Shown here: piece after piece, positions 20,422-34,971 of the stretch | How positions within the stretch are numbered: the stretch's first letter is position 1 | Layout: each line of letters opens with the position of its first letter | NCBI GenBank assembly: GCA_039096225.1 | Contig: JBBPEB010000005.1 | Location: forward strand, 434,001-498,000 | Direction: 5' to 3' | Length of the DNA: 64,000 bases | Source: Blastocystis sp. Blastoise | Lineage: Eukaryota > Protista > Bigyra: Opalinata | Notes under the pieces: generated by a model | Seen by the model: only the letters and a program-made list of their open reading frames with translations | What the model was told of the DNA's origin: nothing | The model's database searches: none | Position numbers and translations under genes: made by a program

Positions 20422-23400
20422 TTAGTGTCCAAGTTTGATTTGTTTGGTTTACATAGATTAAAGATAATATAATAAGTAATTATATAATAATACTATAGTA
20501 TAATATACTAATATAAAATAATATTATAAATTGCAAGGATATATATTCCCAAATAAGAATTGAAGCAGACACGTGAACATTGAGGGATCTGATGATACCT
20601 AATTGAGGGATCTCTACACAATCATCTACTACCTACATATTTATATATAATGAATATAAATATAAAAATAAAATATAAATAAAATAATAAATAAATATAT
20701 ATATATATACCTTCAGTATTTCTTGAGGAACTCCTTCTTTTTCTCTTCCAAGAACAAGCGCTACCCGCGGGGGAAAATGATATGACTCCAAAGAAATACT
20801 ATTATTTATGAATATATAATTCTATAAAACTTTATATACCTTGATATTGTTTGTTCTAATGCAACAATGGTATAACTATACAAATAATAATAGAGTATTC
20901 ATATTAAATATATAATATTATATACCCATTTTTCTTAAGTTCAATAATATAATTATAAACATCATTTTGTTTCACTTCTTCGATATCTACCCATTGATTG
21001 GCTGTTACAGAGGTCTAAAGAGGGATTTATGAGGGATTCAAAACACAAACAAGATAGAATTAGTATGTAAATTAATATTAAATATTATAATTTCAATATA
21101 TATATATATAGTTCTATTTACATTGATAAATATAGGATCATTCATAATTTTCTTATCATTAATAATAAGTTTCGATGCCTGGTATATTTCACATGTACGA
21201 GCTAATCCACCCAAATTAGGAGTAAGAATAGTTAAAGAATATATAGTATTATATAATTTATAATATAATAATAATTATAATATTATTATTATTATAATTA
21301 TAATAATCATAATAATTATTCTCAAGGATATACTTTATCAACATAAGAAGCAATGACAATTAATTCCTTTAAAAATAATAATAATAATTATTATTATTCA
21401 TATATTAAACTTACTTGTTTTGCATTTTCACCATGTTTTTCATGAGTTTCCCATGGTAATATCTTCTTTTGGAATGTACTTAACATATCTTCATTTGTAT
21501 TTTCTTGATATATATCAATATGTTGTTCTATTTTGTTTATTTTTCTTTCTCCTTTGTCTTCTTCATACCATTCTAAATATAACTCATCAATCTCCTTCTT
21601 AATCTGTTCCATATATACTTCTACTAATCCTTCTTTATTTAATATATTTATATAAGATAATATATCTTTATAATTATATATATGTATGTCTTCCATATCT
21701 ATAAACCATTTATGGCATCGATCTCTCATAGAAATAAGACGTTTATTCTGACGAAGTATATAGTAAATACTATATAAATATATATCTTTATCGTTTATAG
21801 AACAAGGTTCAGGAATCGATTTCTTAGCTATAGATAAGGTTATTTAATTAATTATCATTTAAACATCATATATATATTGAAATATTATTATAATACTAGT
21901 AATACAATAAAAATATATATAAAATATTCATAATGAATACAATTATGATTACTATATATAAATACCATGATATTCTTGGAATAGAATTGTATCTAGAAGC
22001 ATATAGAGAATATATTGAGCAGTTGTTCTTAATAATCCTTCTGTGCTTGTTATATAAGGATATATACTAATACATAACTATATATATATATAGTGAATAA
22101 TACAGAATATTGATAAGAATATTATTAATATATACATATATATATAGTGAATAATATATAGAATATTGATAAGAATATTATTAATATATACATATATATA
22201 TAGTGAATAATATATAGAATATTGATAAGAATATTATTAATATACATATATACAGGTTCAATATATTTATATATAGGATCATTTTCAAATGAATTATTCA
22301 TGATTTTATCGTTATATAATAATTTGCGTCGAATAATTACGCATCCGCACACTAATATGTACGAAGTAAGAATCTGATTAGCTAAATTAACTTCAGATAA
22401 TCGTGGTAATATATATTTTGAAATTGTTTCTTCAGGGAATCTATGGATAAAAATAGTATCATATAGAATTATATAAATAATAATAATATAAATTAACAAA
22501 TAAACATTATATATGTATATACTTGGAAACAATGATATATGTGAACATTTCTACATATTTACGTACATCAAGAAGGTTTTGTAAATCAATACATTTCCAT
22601 ATATATATATTAATATCAGACATCATATTAATATCTATATATTTAGAGAGAAGACATAATGCTTGCCAACATTTTATCTTTTTATAATTCAATTCACCAT
22701 CTTTTACAAATCTATATATATATATATTATTATCACATTTAATTAATATCTATAAAAATAACTTATTATAATGTTATAATAAAATAAATATTAAGAATTA
22801 TATTAGTAATACTATAATACTAATCTATATATATATATACCTTGAATTCCATTCGTCTTTTAAATTCATTTTTAATAATAAAAGAATAAGTTCTTTAATA
22901 AATAAATATACTTGTTGATTTGATTGGATATCTATATAATCAAGGGAATCAATCCACATTAATAAAACCATTCGAATACATTCTTCAGCGTCTATTATTA
23001 TTTTATGAGCTGTTTCATCTACTTCAGTATATAATAATAATTCAGATAGTATATCAATATAATAGATAGCTATTTCAGGATGAATATGTAAACAATGAAT
23101 TAAATATATAGTAAATGTATAGCATTCTTTATAAGAGCCAGTTGTCGCATGTGCATAGAGCACGTGGATGAGGGATAAGAATGATTGATTAGGAATTACT
23201 TTAAATAATTCAGGTTGTAATATAATTGATATATATTTAGATATATTAATATAAGAAGGAGTCATACACTTATATACATGTTCTAAAGCTGTAAAGAAAA
23301 CAGATAGATCAAGATTTCTATATATATAGAATTATTATAAATATATATTATTATAAATATTTATTATAAATATTTATTATAATCATTAATTATTATAATC

Positions 23401-26400
23401 ATTTATTATAAATATTTATTATTAAAAATATTTAATTGTATAAATAATAATTATTATATATATAATCTAGTATATAAATAATTATAGATACATAATACTA
23501 TAAAAGTACTTACAATTGATTATTATTGAGGATTAACAATGGTATAACATGATATAACACATTTAATAATGATAATGTATATTCAATTCCTAAAGTATCA
23601 TAGCTATTCATAAATAAATCATAAAGAGATTGTATATAGGATAATTCTATAGATAAATGGTCTTGAATAGAAAAAGAAGAAGATAAAATAATATCAATAA
23701 TCTTCCAACGATCTGTTTGTATACTATTTATATATTGATTATTATTCCATCCATTAGGTATGTTCTTAATAATATTTCGTTTAAATAGATCTTGTTCATG
23801 AATAACAAAAGTAAATATAGATTGTATTATAGATTGTATTGTTTTATCTTCTATAGGGGATAAAGAAAGATTATATATACATAAATAAAGTGAATGAAAT
23901 AGATTTGGAATATGTATTTTTGTTCCATCTATAGGATTCGAAAGAATGTTCCAAACACGTGTTAAGAGCTTATAAATGAGATCTTTTGAAATATATATAT
24001 AATCATGATTGAATGTATTAAATAATTCGAATATTGTCATAAATTGTTGAGATATATCTGTATTTATAAATGACTCAAAATGTTCAATAAAATATGAATA
24101 TAAAGAATATGAAATATTATATAAATTTACATTCATTGAATCAATAGTTAAATTCATTTGATTAGAGAATGATAATAATGTAGCATATAAATAAAGAACA
24201 TTTATTAAAAAAGGAGAAATATTCTTATTATTATTATTCATAGTAGTAGTAGTAATAGTAGTATTAGAAGAAGACGAAGAAGAAGAAGAAGAGGAAGAGA
24301 ATATAGAATGAAGTGATTTTATGATAAATTCATTGATAAAATCTTGATAATAAGATGGATATAGAATAAGTAATAATATTAAATATTTAGATAATTGTTC
24401 GATAGAATTTTCAGTATGAATATAATTATAAAACTCATTATATAATAATGTATGTAATGAATCTGATGGTGGTAGAATCTTGTTCATCCAATCAATTAGT
24501 TCTGTTTTATATTCAGATAATAAAGACATTGGGAATCCATTTAAAACACGAATATACTATATATGAATTATAATTATTATGATTATAATTATTATGATTA
24601 TAATTATTATGATTATAATTATTATGATTATGATTATAGTTATGATTATAATTATGATTATTATAATAAAGAGCATGGAATATTAGAAAAAGAAAATGTA
24701 TCTATTAAGAAATAGAATAAAAAAAGTATCTTTAAAAAAATATTTATAGAAAGAACATAAATATAATAATAATAATATATATATACGTCTATAAGTTCAT
24801 TAGTGTTTATAGAATGTGTATATTTGAGTATAGTTAATAATAATCCTTTATATATATCTTGATGTCCTGATGTAGATAAGCTTTTAAATAATGTATTACT
24901 AAAGAATGTAGGAATAGTTAATAATGTATGTAAATCAAATATATGAATAGCAGGTATTTCTAAAGAACATATGCGATTATTTGAATTATTAGTAATATTA
25001 TTAATATAAGAAGAATTAGATTTATTATGATTAACCAAATTATTATTAATTAAATGATTATTATTATTCCATGATTGAATCCTATTATTTATTTCATTAT
25101 TTCCTTCAAATTTCATCATATTCATATCAATAGAAAGTGAAGATGGATAAAAAGAAGGAATAAAAATAGCAAAAAGAAAACGAAGTGCAAGAGGTGTATT
25201 AATAACCGTTATTATTTGGACAAATAATTGTTGAATAAATTCAGGTTGTTTATCTTTAGGTAAACAATCTATGTAATGTAAAAAGAAAGAAGTAATTTCA
25301 TATCCTAATCCAAAGTCATTCCCACGGTAAAATGCAGCATTTGATAAGAATGGAATAAATGTATATAACATAAATGAAGTTGAAGGTATAAAAATAGAAG
25401 TTTTTAAATTAAGAGATAATAGATCTTGAAGTACTAAAAGTGATATTTGAGGATTACGAGAGAGAAATCCTTTTTTATATAAGATTTCAATCCATTCAGA
25501 ATTTAATATAAAGAATGTTTGTTGATTAATAACTGTAGATATATCTTGTATATCTTTTAATGGAGTTATATATTGAAGATATTTCACAGTATTCCATACA
25601 GATTTAATTAAATGAGAAGCAAATTCTTCTAATGTTTCATATATAGATATAAATAAATTCCATTGTTGTTGATAATATTTCTTATAAGGTTGAATATCTT
25701 TAATAGAAGTATCTATTATATAATCATTAAAATGAATAAAATATAAATTTAGTATTTGTTTTAAACATTGAAAAGCATATTTAGCTATTACAGTATCTTT
25801 ATGAATAATTGCATTTCTTATTAATTCCTGAATAGATTGCTGTTTATAGAGATCTAAAGAATGATCTAAAAGAATAGAAAGAAGTTCTAAAGCATTTTGT
25901 TTGATTTCTATATCATTTGATTCATATAATGTAAAAATAGTATGAATAAAATCATTTTGAATAACCAAATATGTAGGTATATATACATAATATTGTTGAT
26001 TAAAGAAGAAAGGTATAATATGATTATATATTGTTTTTCTTACTGAATTCATATGGCAAGATAAATAACCATGAATATGTTCCGATAATATTTGAAATAT
26101 AGTATGAAAATGATTTGAAGCTTTTAATTGATTTAAAATAGAAGATAATATAGATGTACAAGTATTAAATACAATAGAATGAGGAATAGATATAGAACAT
26201 TGATTAGGATCATATAAAGAATATATAGAAAATAAATGAGTAAATAGAAAAGGAATTAATGATGAAATAAGATTGAAATGAGACTGAATCAGAGTATCTA
26301 TACAATAACAGATAGATTCATGAAATAATAAATTCTCTTCCTAGATATAAAATGTATGATAAATAGTTATAAAAAAAATATGGTTTAAATGCTTTTTATA

Positions 26401-27050
26401 AATGAAATGAATAAAAGAATAATAAACGGAAATAATTATAAAAAATAATAATAAAAATAATAATAAATTATATTAATTATAAAAATAATTATAAAAAATA
26501 ATAATAAATTATAATAACACAAAAAAAAATACATACTTGAATATTCTTGAAGATAATCATTTCTAAATATTTCTGAACAAGTTCATTCATATTATTGACA
26601 TTTGAATCAGCATGAATTATGAGGAAAAACAAAATTTTATCTCTATAAATGATGAGAAAATATAAATTGATTAGATATAAAACAAGCCAACATCAATATA
26701 CATACTTTAATGAAATAATATTGAGATTCTTCTTCATTATAATTAGAATATTGTTCAAGTAAGGATAAAAAGTCATTTTCATCAACTAGAAATGATATTC
26801 TGTGTAATAAAGATCATAGTTAAACCATACATTTAACTGTTGAGAAAGTTTTTTCAAGATAATTGCGGACAAATAAGAAAAGTTCCTTTGTAGATAATTT
26901 ATCTTTTGGTAAGATCGTCAAGAACTGTTCGGTTATACGATAGATATCCTCAATATAAGTTTTCATTGTAGAATGATTGAGTATACTGATGGAAATCAAA
27001 AATATGGTTTGAAATTTTTTGTTGAAAAGTTTTTCAGCATGATTCAATAA
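20422..27050 (-). CDS. TARBP1: TARBP1/Trm3-like tRNA (Gm18) 2'-O-methyltransferase, SpoU domain at C-terminus (5' end approximate)
   Basis: C-terminal [65 protein letters not shown]; long helical N-terminal region in ORFs 24661..26052, 23510..24529 and 22825..23265. Confidence 0.88.
20449..20542 (-). other. U12-type intron, AT-AA (or AT-AC if acceptor is 2 nt further)
   Basis: Donor ATATCCTTG after TGG GAA TAT; branch-like TCTTTAAT; AA acceptor gives [11 protein letters not shown]. Confidence 0.72.
21222..21331 (-). other. U12-type AT-AC intron
   Basis: Donor ATATCCTTGA, branch site TTCTTTAAC, 9 nt, acceptor AC; removal restores DKVPNLGG. Confidence 0.88.
22081..22252. repeat. ~58-bp minisatellite x3 within a TARBP1 intron
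   Basis: Unit TATATATAGTGAATAATATATAGAATATTGATAAGAATATTATTAATATATACATA repeated three times. Confidence 0.9.
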
Positions 27051-27422
27051 ATAAAAAAAAGTATAATTATGAAAATATGTTTATTCTAACGATGAAAGGG
27101 TTGCTAGTATTTAATTGATTACATAATGAATAATGTAGATAATTAAGTACATTTTATAAGTAAAAATAATGTTATTTAAAGTGAATTGACTTGAATAATC
27201 GGATAAAATAAAGAAATAGGAGTGCAGCGTAATATTTATGTAATTTAAATTCAAGAAGAGAGATATATAAATAAAAGAATAGAATTCAGTATTAACAGAG
27301 AATAAAATAGATATAATAAATATACAATAAAGAATTATTAAATTATTTTTTTAATTAATAATATATATATATTTGTTGATAAAATAAAACTAAATTGCAA
27401 GATAAAACTAGAAAGAAATAGT

Positions 27423-27881
27423 TTATATTTGATTAGCTTCTTCAGGTGTTTGGTCATCAGCATATCTATATATATTTAATTATTTAATTATTATATATTT
27501 ATATATTTAATTATTTAATTATTATATATATATATTTAATTATTTAATTATTATATATATATATATTTAATTCTTTAATTATTATATATAAATATACAAA
27601 GTAGCTTTTATTTGATCAGTGATTTCAATACTGCCACCATTCTTTTCTTCAAAATCCTATATATATATATATTATATAATATATATATATATATATCATT
27701 ATATATATATACAAGAATAAAGCTTTCGATATCTCTCAGTTTAATATAATAAAAATCTCTTTCATTTGTTAAATTTTCACCATTAACTTGTTCGTCAGCT
27801 AATAATTTTTTCATATCTTCTAATTGTTTGGTTAATTCTTCTATATATATATATATATATATAAGTGATTCGATATTTTCG

Positions 27882-27961
<80 letters not shown>

Positions 27962-29273
27962 GCCTACCATTCTTTTGTTGTAATTCTTCAATGAGTTTCA
28001 TATTTGTAGTATCTTGAGCAGATGCAGATCGTGTGTCATGAATACTGCGCGAAGAAGATAACGTAGAACGAGGACTCTCACGAACTCCTATATATAAACA
28101 GAATATAGAATAGAATTATAATATAATTATTTAATTATTTAAAAAATTAAATTAATAAAAATAAATAAAAAAAATAATAAATAAATAAAAAACATAAATA
28201 AAAATAATAAAAACATAAAATAAAAACATAATAAAAAACAATAAAAACAATAAAAACAATTCTTCATACTATTAGCCTATATATATATATATATATATAC
28301 TAGTTATTTTAGGTGTTCCATCATAACTAGTATTAGGAGTAACATGTGATCTTTCTGTTGGCTTATAGGGCATAGTAGTATGACGCACTGTGGATGACGT
28401 CATCCCCACTTTAGCAGTTGTTCCCTTGATATTCTTTGCTGTCACTTCTATATATAAAATATATATACTATAAATAATCTATTCAACATTAAATATAATA
28501 ATTATAAAAATATATATAGAATTTGATAACAGTAACAATAATAACTATAATAAAAATTTAAAAAATATCTTTATAATAACATGAAAAAAAATAATAATAA
28601 TAATTCTATATACCATTTCCTCCTTTAGAACGAGAACGACGGCCTATAGCATCGTAATCGCCACCTGTATAATGACTATCAAAGAACCATTTCATCCATT
28701 GCATAAATTCAAAATTATCTTGATATTTACCACGAATCAATTTTTCAACATCAATTAACTATAGTTTATTATTATATAATATATATATCATAATAATAAA
28801 TTTTTAAAAAATATTATAAATATTCAAAAAAAAAATAAAAACAAGAAAGAAAAGAGACATATAAATATATTGAATAATTTTATAAGTACTTTAGTAACTC
28901 CATTCTTAGTAAAACAAGATTGTAATAATTTATAATTCTTTAAAAACTCATAATCTTCTCTACATGAGAAATCAACCTTAGACATAGGTATTGAATCTAT
29001 GAAGAAAATATAACGAACAAACTAACAAAAAATATACTAGGATAAATAGCATCTAAAATTTGACATGCATACGCGCCTAAAAGAGGATAATTAATTCTTT
29101 TCATATAAGACATACCATTAGCAGTATCTTCTATTTTTTGTAAATTGACTTTGAGAAAGTCATTTATCCAATTGAGAATATCTTTTCTAGATACAAAATA
29201 AGCTCCTTCCATAATACCTATATAACTTATATCATCTAGAGTCTTTCGACATACCTGCAGCTTCTGTAGACAT
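27423..29273 (-). CDS. EB1: EB1/RP microtubule end-binding protein
   Basis: MSTEAAGIMEGAYFVSRKDILNWIN, CH-domain GKYQDNFEFMQWMK, EBH motif ERDFYYIKLRDIE..LYA. Confidence 0.93.
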
Positions 29274-30430
29274 GCTGTTTTAGGTCTTTTCAATAGTTAT
29301 AATGAAACAAATGAATATATATTGTTGTCTTCTAAGAGGAAACATTTTTTCTGTTTTTTCTTCTGGAATATAATCGCGAGAAAAATGATTATAAACCTTA
29401 TGAATTACGAAGAACCACGATTATTATTTTTTTTCATTAGCAACTTGAACTTTTTTTATTCCTTGTCAATAACCGGAATAATCACGGTTTCATGAAAATA
29501 ATTCTTTTTCATCATTTTTCTTTATTTGCACTAATCTATTTTTCATATCATTCTGTTTAAATATAATTTTATCTTCTCAAATGAGTTATATTATTCAAAT
29601 AATGAATAATTATTGAAAAATAAGATTATTAATGATGAACAGTTTATTTTTTTCATTATGAATCTAATTTATCAATTTTGTTAGAATAAAAGTAAGAAAG
29701 AAATTCACTTTTTTTCTGCTTAAAATACGTGAAAATTTTGGAGTAATGTCAATTTTGAGAAACTAGAAAAGAGTATACTACGTTCTTTATTATATAGATA
29801 ATATCTTCTAATTAAATATAGCCATAAATATCAATTTCATTACATATAAGAGACAATCATACAAATAAATGCTAAGTTATTTGAATAAAAACAGTTTTTA
29901 TAAATTCTAAGAAATACTACATATTATGATCATTATTTAAAACGAGAGAATCATTTAAACTAGGCAAAGAAAATGAGGTAAAACTTGAAAAACTGTAGTA
30001 GACTTCTACATACACAGTTGAGATGCCGTATAATTAATTCTAGAGTAAAATAAATAATTTAATTATGACAGTACTTAAATAGAAAAGAAGATAATGTAGA
30101 TCACAGAAGTGGAGACAGATTGATAAAGAAATGAAAAATCAGAATTCTAAAGAATGTAAATTACTGTACAGATAATTCATAATTATAGAAAAATATGAAT
30201 AATAAGTAGAGAAAATATAAAAAATCATGATTATCAACAAAAGAACAACTGATTTGATGGGGAAAAGGGGCATCAGAAACAGTAAAGTGATTTATAAAAC
30301 ATTCATAATAGTTATAAAGAACAATTTGTTTGGGAAATTGTCGCTGAAAGAAAAAAAAGGAATAATACATTTTCTTTATAATACTTTAATCGTTTTTAAA
30401 GACTTTTTGACATTCTTTGAAATAAAATAA

Positions 30431-31476
30431 ATGTTTATACTTAATTGGTTTTTCGATGCTTTAGCTTATTTAGGTTTATATCACAAGAGTGGTAAACTTC
30501 TTTTCCTTGGTCTTGATAATGCTGGTAAAACTACTTTATTAGATGTTTTAAAAGAAGATAGACTTGCTGTTCATGAACCTACTCTTCATCCTACTTCTGA
30601 AGAACTTGTTATTGGTAAAATCAGATTTACTACTTTTGATTTAGGTGGTCACGAAGCTGCTAGATATATATTTTAAAAAAATTTTCATTTGGCTTTTCTT
30701 TCAATAATGTTTTTTTTTTATACACATTTTATGATTTAGTTAATAAGATATATATTGATTTAAATTGTTATTATTATATTATTTAATTTATTATTATTTT
30801 TATCCATTTATATATATATATTATATAGCTAGATCTCTTTGGAAACAATATTTCCCTAATGTGAATGGTATTATTTTTATTGTTGATGCCAATGATCGTG
30901 AAAGATTCCCTGAAGCTAAGAAAGAACTTGCTGTATATATATATTTTAAATATTATTCACTCATATATTTATTTTTATATTGATTAAAAAATTATTATTT
31001 TTATTAACTATATATAAATATATATATAGGAACTTCTTGCTAATGAAGATCTTCAAACCGTTCCTTTTGTTGTTTTAGGTAATAAGATTGATATTCCTAC
31101 TTCTGCTTCTGAATATGATTTACGTATTCAATTAAATCTTGTAGAAACCACTGGTAAAAATGTATATATTTCTTTTTTTCTATTATTAATATTTTTTTTT
31201 ATTTAAAAATTAATACATATAATATATATATAATATATATGCTACTTCTGTTCCTGAAGGCACAAGACCTATTGAACTCTTTATGTGTAGTGTTGCCAGA
31301 AAAGTTGGTTATGCTGATGGTATATATATATTTATTATTATTATTATTTTTATTTATTCTTTTATACATTATTTTATGATTTCAAATATAATTTATATTT
31401 TAAATATTTTTATAACATATATATAATCTATCTTCACATATTTATAGCTTTCAGATGGTTATCACAATTTATTTAA
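30431..31476 (+). CDS. SAR1: SAR1 small GTPase (COPII)
   Basis: [52 protein letters not shown]. Two of its four introns have non-canonical ends in this sequence. Confidence 0.96.
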
Positions 31477-31775
31477 AGAAAATAATTTAAAAAGATTCTA
31501 TTTGTTGGGAAACACATATACATTTTTTCTGTCTAAACATTATTGTTGTTCATTTTTCTTTTCTTTTTTTAAATATTTTTTTATTCATTTTATTATTTCA
31601 AATTCCTAAACATCAAGAATGTCTTGATATATAGTTTATTGTTTTTTACTTTTTATTATTAACTATTATTATTATATTTATTTAAAACACTAATTTTTAA
31701 ATAATATTAGAAAAGAGGGAATTTTTTTTTTAAATGATATTACCATTGAATATTTATTATAATTACTTCAAAATC

Positions 31776-32903
31776 ATGTTTTGGATTTCACTATTATTTT
31801 TATCATTATTGAGTATTATTCTAGCACAAGATAGCAGACTGAGTAATAATTTCATTCAATTGGAGGTAATTTGATGCTTTACATGATTATAAACTATGAA
31901 TAAGATCATATATATATATAGTCAGATGAAGACAAGATAATTGTATTAAATATGAAAAATCAACAGGAGATTTTTGATACTTCTTTGAAATCGATTTCTA
32001 AAACTAGACTTTTTCCTCAAGAAACATTCACTTTTTATATGAATGATTATATTGTCAAAGAAGAATATAGAAGTTGTATGATGAAAATCAATAAGACTTA
32101 TTCAGGATCCTCAACAATAACAAAATCAGACATTTTAGAAACTATTTCATTTACAACAGATTCTGAATGTCCATCATTCTCTAATATGATATTTCAAAAA
32201 GAATCGAATCTTCAAATAGTATCAGGTGAATTTTGTATATGTCATTCATTACATTTTTATGCTTATAATGATGTAAAAGAGAATTTAGAAGATACACAAA
32301 TAAATAGATCCTCTTCAATGAATCCTTTATTTTGTTCTTTTTGTAGTTCCTTTACTTTTGGTATATTTATTGTTTATTCTATATATGTTATCTTCTACTT
32401 ATATATTATTTTTTCACTATAAGAAGTATTTTATTTTAGACTTAAATATACCTCGACGTGTTCCTATATATACTATTCCTAAAGCTATTATGAATTTAAA
32501 TAATACCTTTGAACAAATACGTATATTTTAATACATTATTTTTTAAATAATAATTCTACTCTGCTTTATATATATAGAAAAATACACAAAACGATATCCA
32601 TTTATTGAAAAGTCTGACATAAATGATAATAATACTTATGTTCATAATGTTACATTATCTTCATCATTCTATATATTAATTCTATCTTTCATGGGATTAA
32701 TAATAGGAATATATGTATATAAACGTGATCTTTATATAGATAACACAATGAAAACAAATAGTTATGATTATTATTATTTTTCTAAAAACTTGTGTTCTCA
32801 TTATGATGTATATATGAAGAACGAAGAGGATAATAAAGTCATTAAACAATATTTGATAAAATATATGATGAATTCTGGAGATTATTTGATTATATCAAAT
32901 TAG
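31776..32903 (+). CDS. Hypothetical type I membrane protein
   Basis: Signal-like MFWISLLFLSLLSIILAQD, GT-AG introns, and one hydrophobic segment before the YKR stop-transfer near the C-terminus. Confidence 0.6.
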
Positions 32904-33219
32904 TTATTATGATAGTAAAAGGAAACACAAATACAAATTTATAAATATAGTACATTGAAACATTAAATATATATATATATGTTAAGAAAGAAAAAAGAAA
33001 TTGTTTTGTATATAATTTATTATATATATAATATAGATAAATTATTTAAAATATATATATATAAACAGAAAAATTTATATAAATAGAAAAATATATATAA
33101 ACATATCCATAAAATAAATAAATAAATGAAAACGAAAATAGTATTGTAGAAAAAATGGAAAAAAAAGAGAACTAGTTAGAAATGGAAACATCTGTTGTTT
33201 CATATAGTTAAATAATTTT

Positions 33220-33927
33220 TTAATTATTATGTTTAATTAGTTGTTGTTTAATAAACCAATTTTTGAATACCTATATATATATTTTTGATTATTAGTATTC
33301 AAGAATTTAGAAGGCTATTATAGAAAATATATATATATATATACTTGATAATCTTCCTCGTCCTTTTTCTGATGAATAACCACCATAGGGTAAGAAATCT
33401 TGAGGATTATATTGACTATAGAGATAGTATTAATATTTAAATATATATATATTATTTAAATATATATTAAAATATATTAAATAAGTATATACATTATTTA
33501 TGCATATAAAGATATATATATATATATATACATTTGAATATCAGGATATTTTTGAGACTCTGTTATTGTTTCTTTTAATCTGAATATAACTACAAAGAAC
33601 ACCAAAGAAGGGAATATCTATAATTTATATAATATTACATAGCATTGATAATAATCATTAGTATTATATATTTGTATATAGAATAAATAATATAGAATTA
33701 TAGCATATATATACTAATGATAAAGAGGTAATAAATATATAGGCAACAAATATCCATAGATATATTGATGACGTAGATTCGTATAGAATTCGGAAATCTT
33801 CAAAAGAATCACATATATGATCATTATTAAATATATAATAATCCATAGCACACTGATCGGACTATATAATAATAATAGTCAACATTATTCTTTAATATAA
33901 TATATATCTATTTCAAATAATAATAGA

Positions 33928-33960
<33 letters not shown>

Positions 33961-34609
33961 TTCAAGTAAACAGCAAACATTATATGTATCATTAATGTGA
34001 TCTTTAATGAAAGGTAAATAATGACTCTCTTCTATATATATATATCGAATATTCCAAATATAAAATAGTAATAGATAGAATACTAAAAATATAGTTAAAT
34101 TTCATTTCTATATATATATACCAGTTTTATCATATGCAATTGATATATCAATAGCCATTAAGAAAAGGATAACAAGCAATATACAATTTATTAGAAACAA
34201 AATAACTGAAGATGATACTTTTCTATATAACATTAATAATAATAATAATAATAATATCAAAAAATATAACTTAAAAAAACTAAATTAAATTAATTAAATA
34301 CACTTTATATAGCATTACTAATTTTTGTGGATTTCCTTCTTCAGTTCTTCCTACTTGGTAATAAGATATTATATTTAAAACTGAATCAACTAGAACAAAA
34401 ACACCCCAAACTACCATTATTGTTGGAAATAAGACTCCAGAGTACATGCCATCAGAAATAGAATAATTCACAAAACCAATTATACCAAATGTATCTAAGA
34501 AAACTCCAAATATCGTTGTCATAATAATGGACAAGATAATAAACACATGAGCACAACCATTAAGACTATGAAATGAAATACAATTATATTTATATGAGAA
34601 ATACTGCAT
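33220..34609 (-). CDS. Hypothetical multi-pass (about 4 TM, tetraspanin-like topology) membrane protein
   Basis: Three N-terminal hydrophobic segments, a Cys-containing loop (CCLLE..C..C) and a fourth hydrophobic segment; spliced. Confidence 0.55.
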
Positions 34610-34971
34610 AACGAACTACTGTTTTAAAATAATAGAAAACTCTAATTATACTTTAAAACGACTCAAATAATGATTGATATACGTTTTGAAATGGATTTTC
34701 TCTTCTTTTATTATTTTTCTCTTTGTCTCTTTTTCCTCAAAAATATTTCTGAGGAAAAAGAAACCAAGTTTCAGAATATAGAAACACAGTTAGATAGAGT
34801 TACTTATGAGTTTCTTTCTTGGCAATTCCTAAAAAACAAACAGAATTTTCTCATTGCCAGGAATTTCTAGAAAGAAATATAGTAAAGCCTATATTCATTT
34901 TTATATATAAATTCTATTAGCCAGTATTTTATTGCATTCATTCTATATCTTTTATAAATATAGAAAGAGAT

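Noticed and set aside
22081-22252. CRISPR-like array
   Set aside because: Contiguous tandem units without unique spacers, in a eukaryotic intron.
30161-30430. ORFs directly upstream of SAR1
   Set aside because: Short AT-rich frames in promoter/5' UTR DNA with no recognisable motifs.
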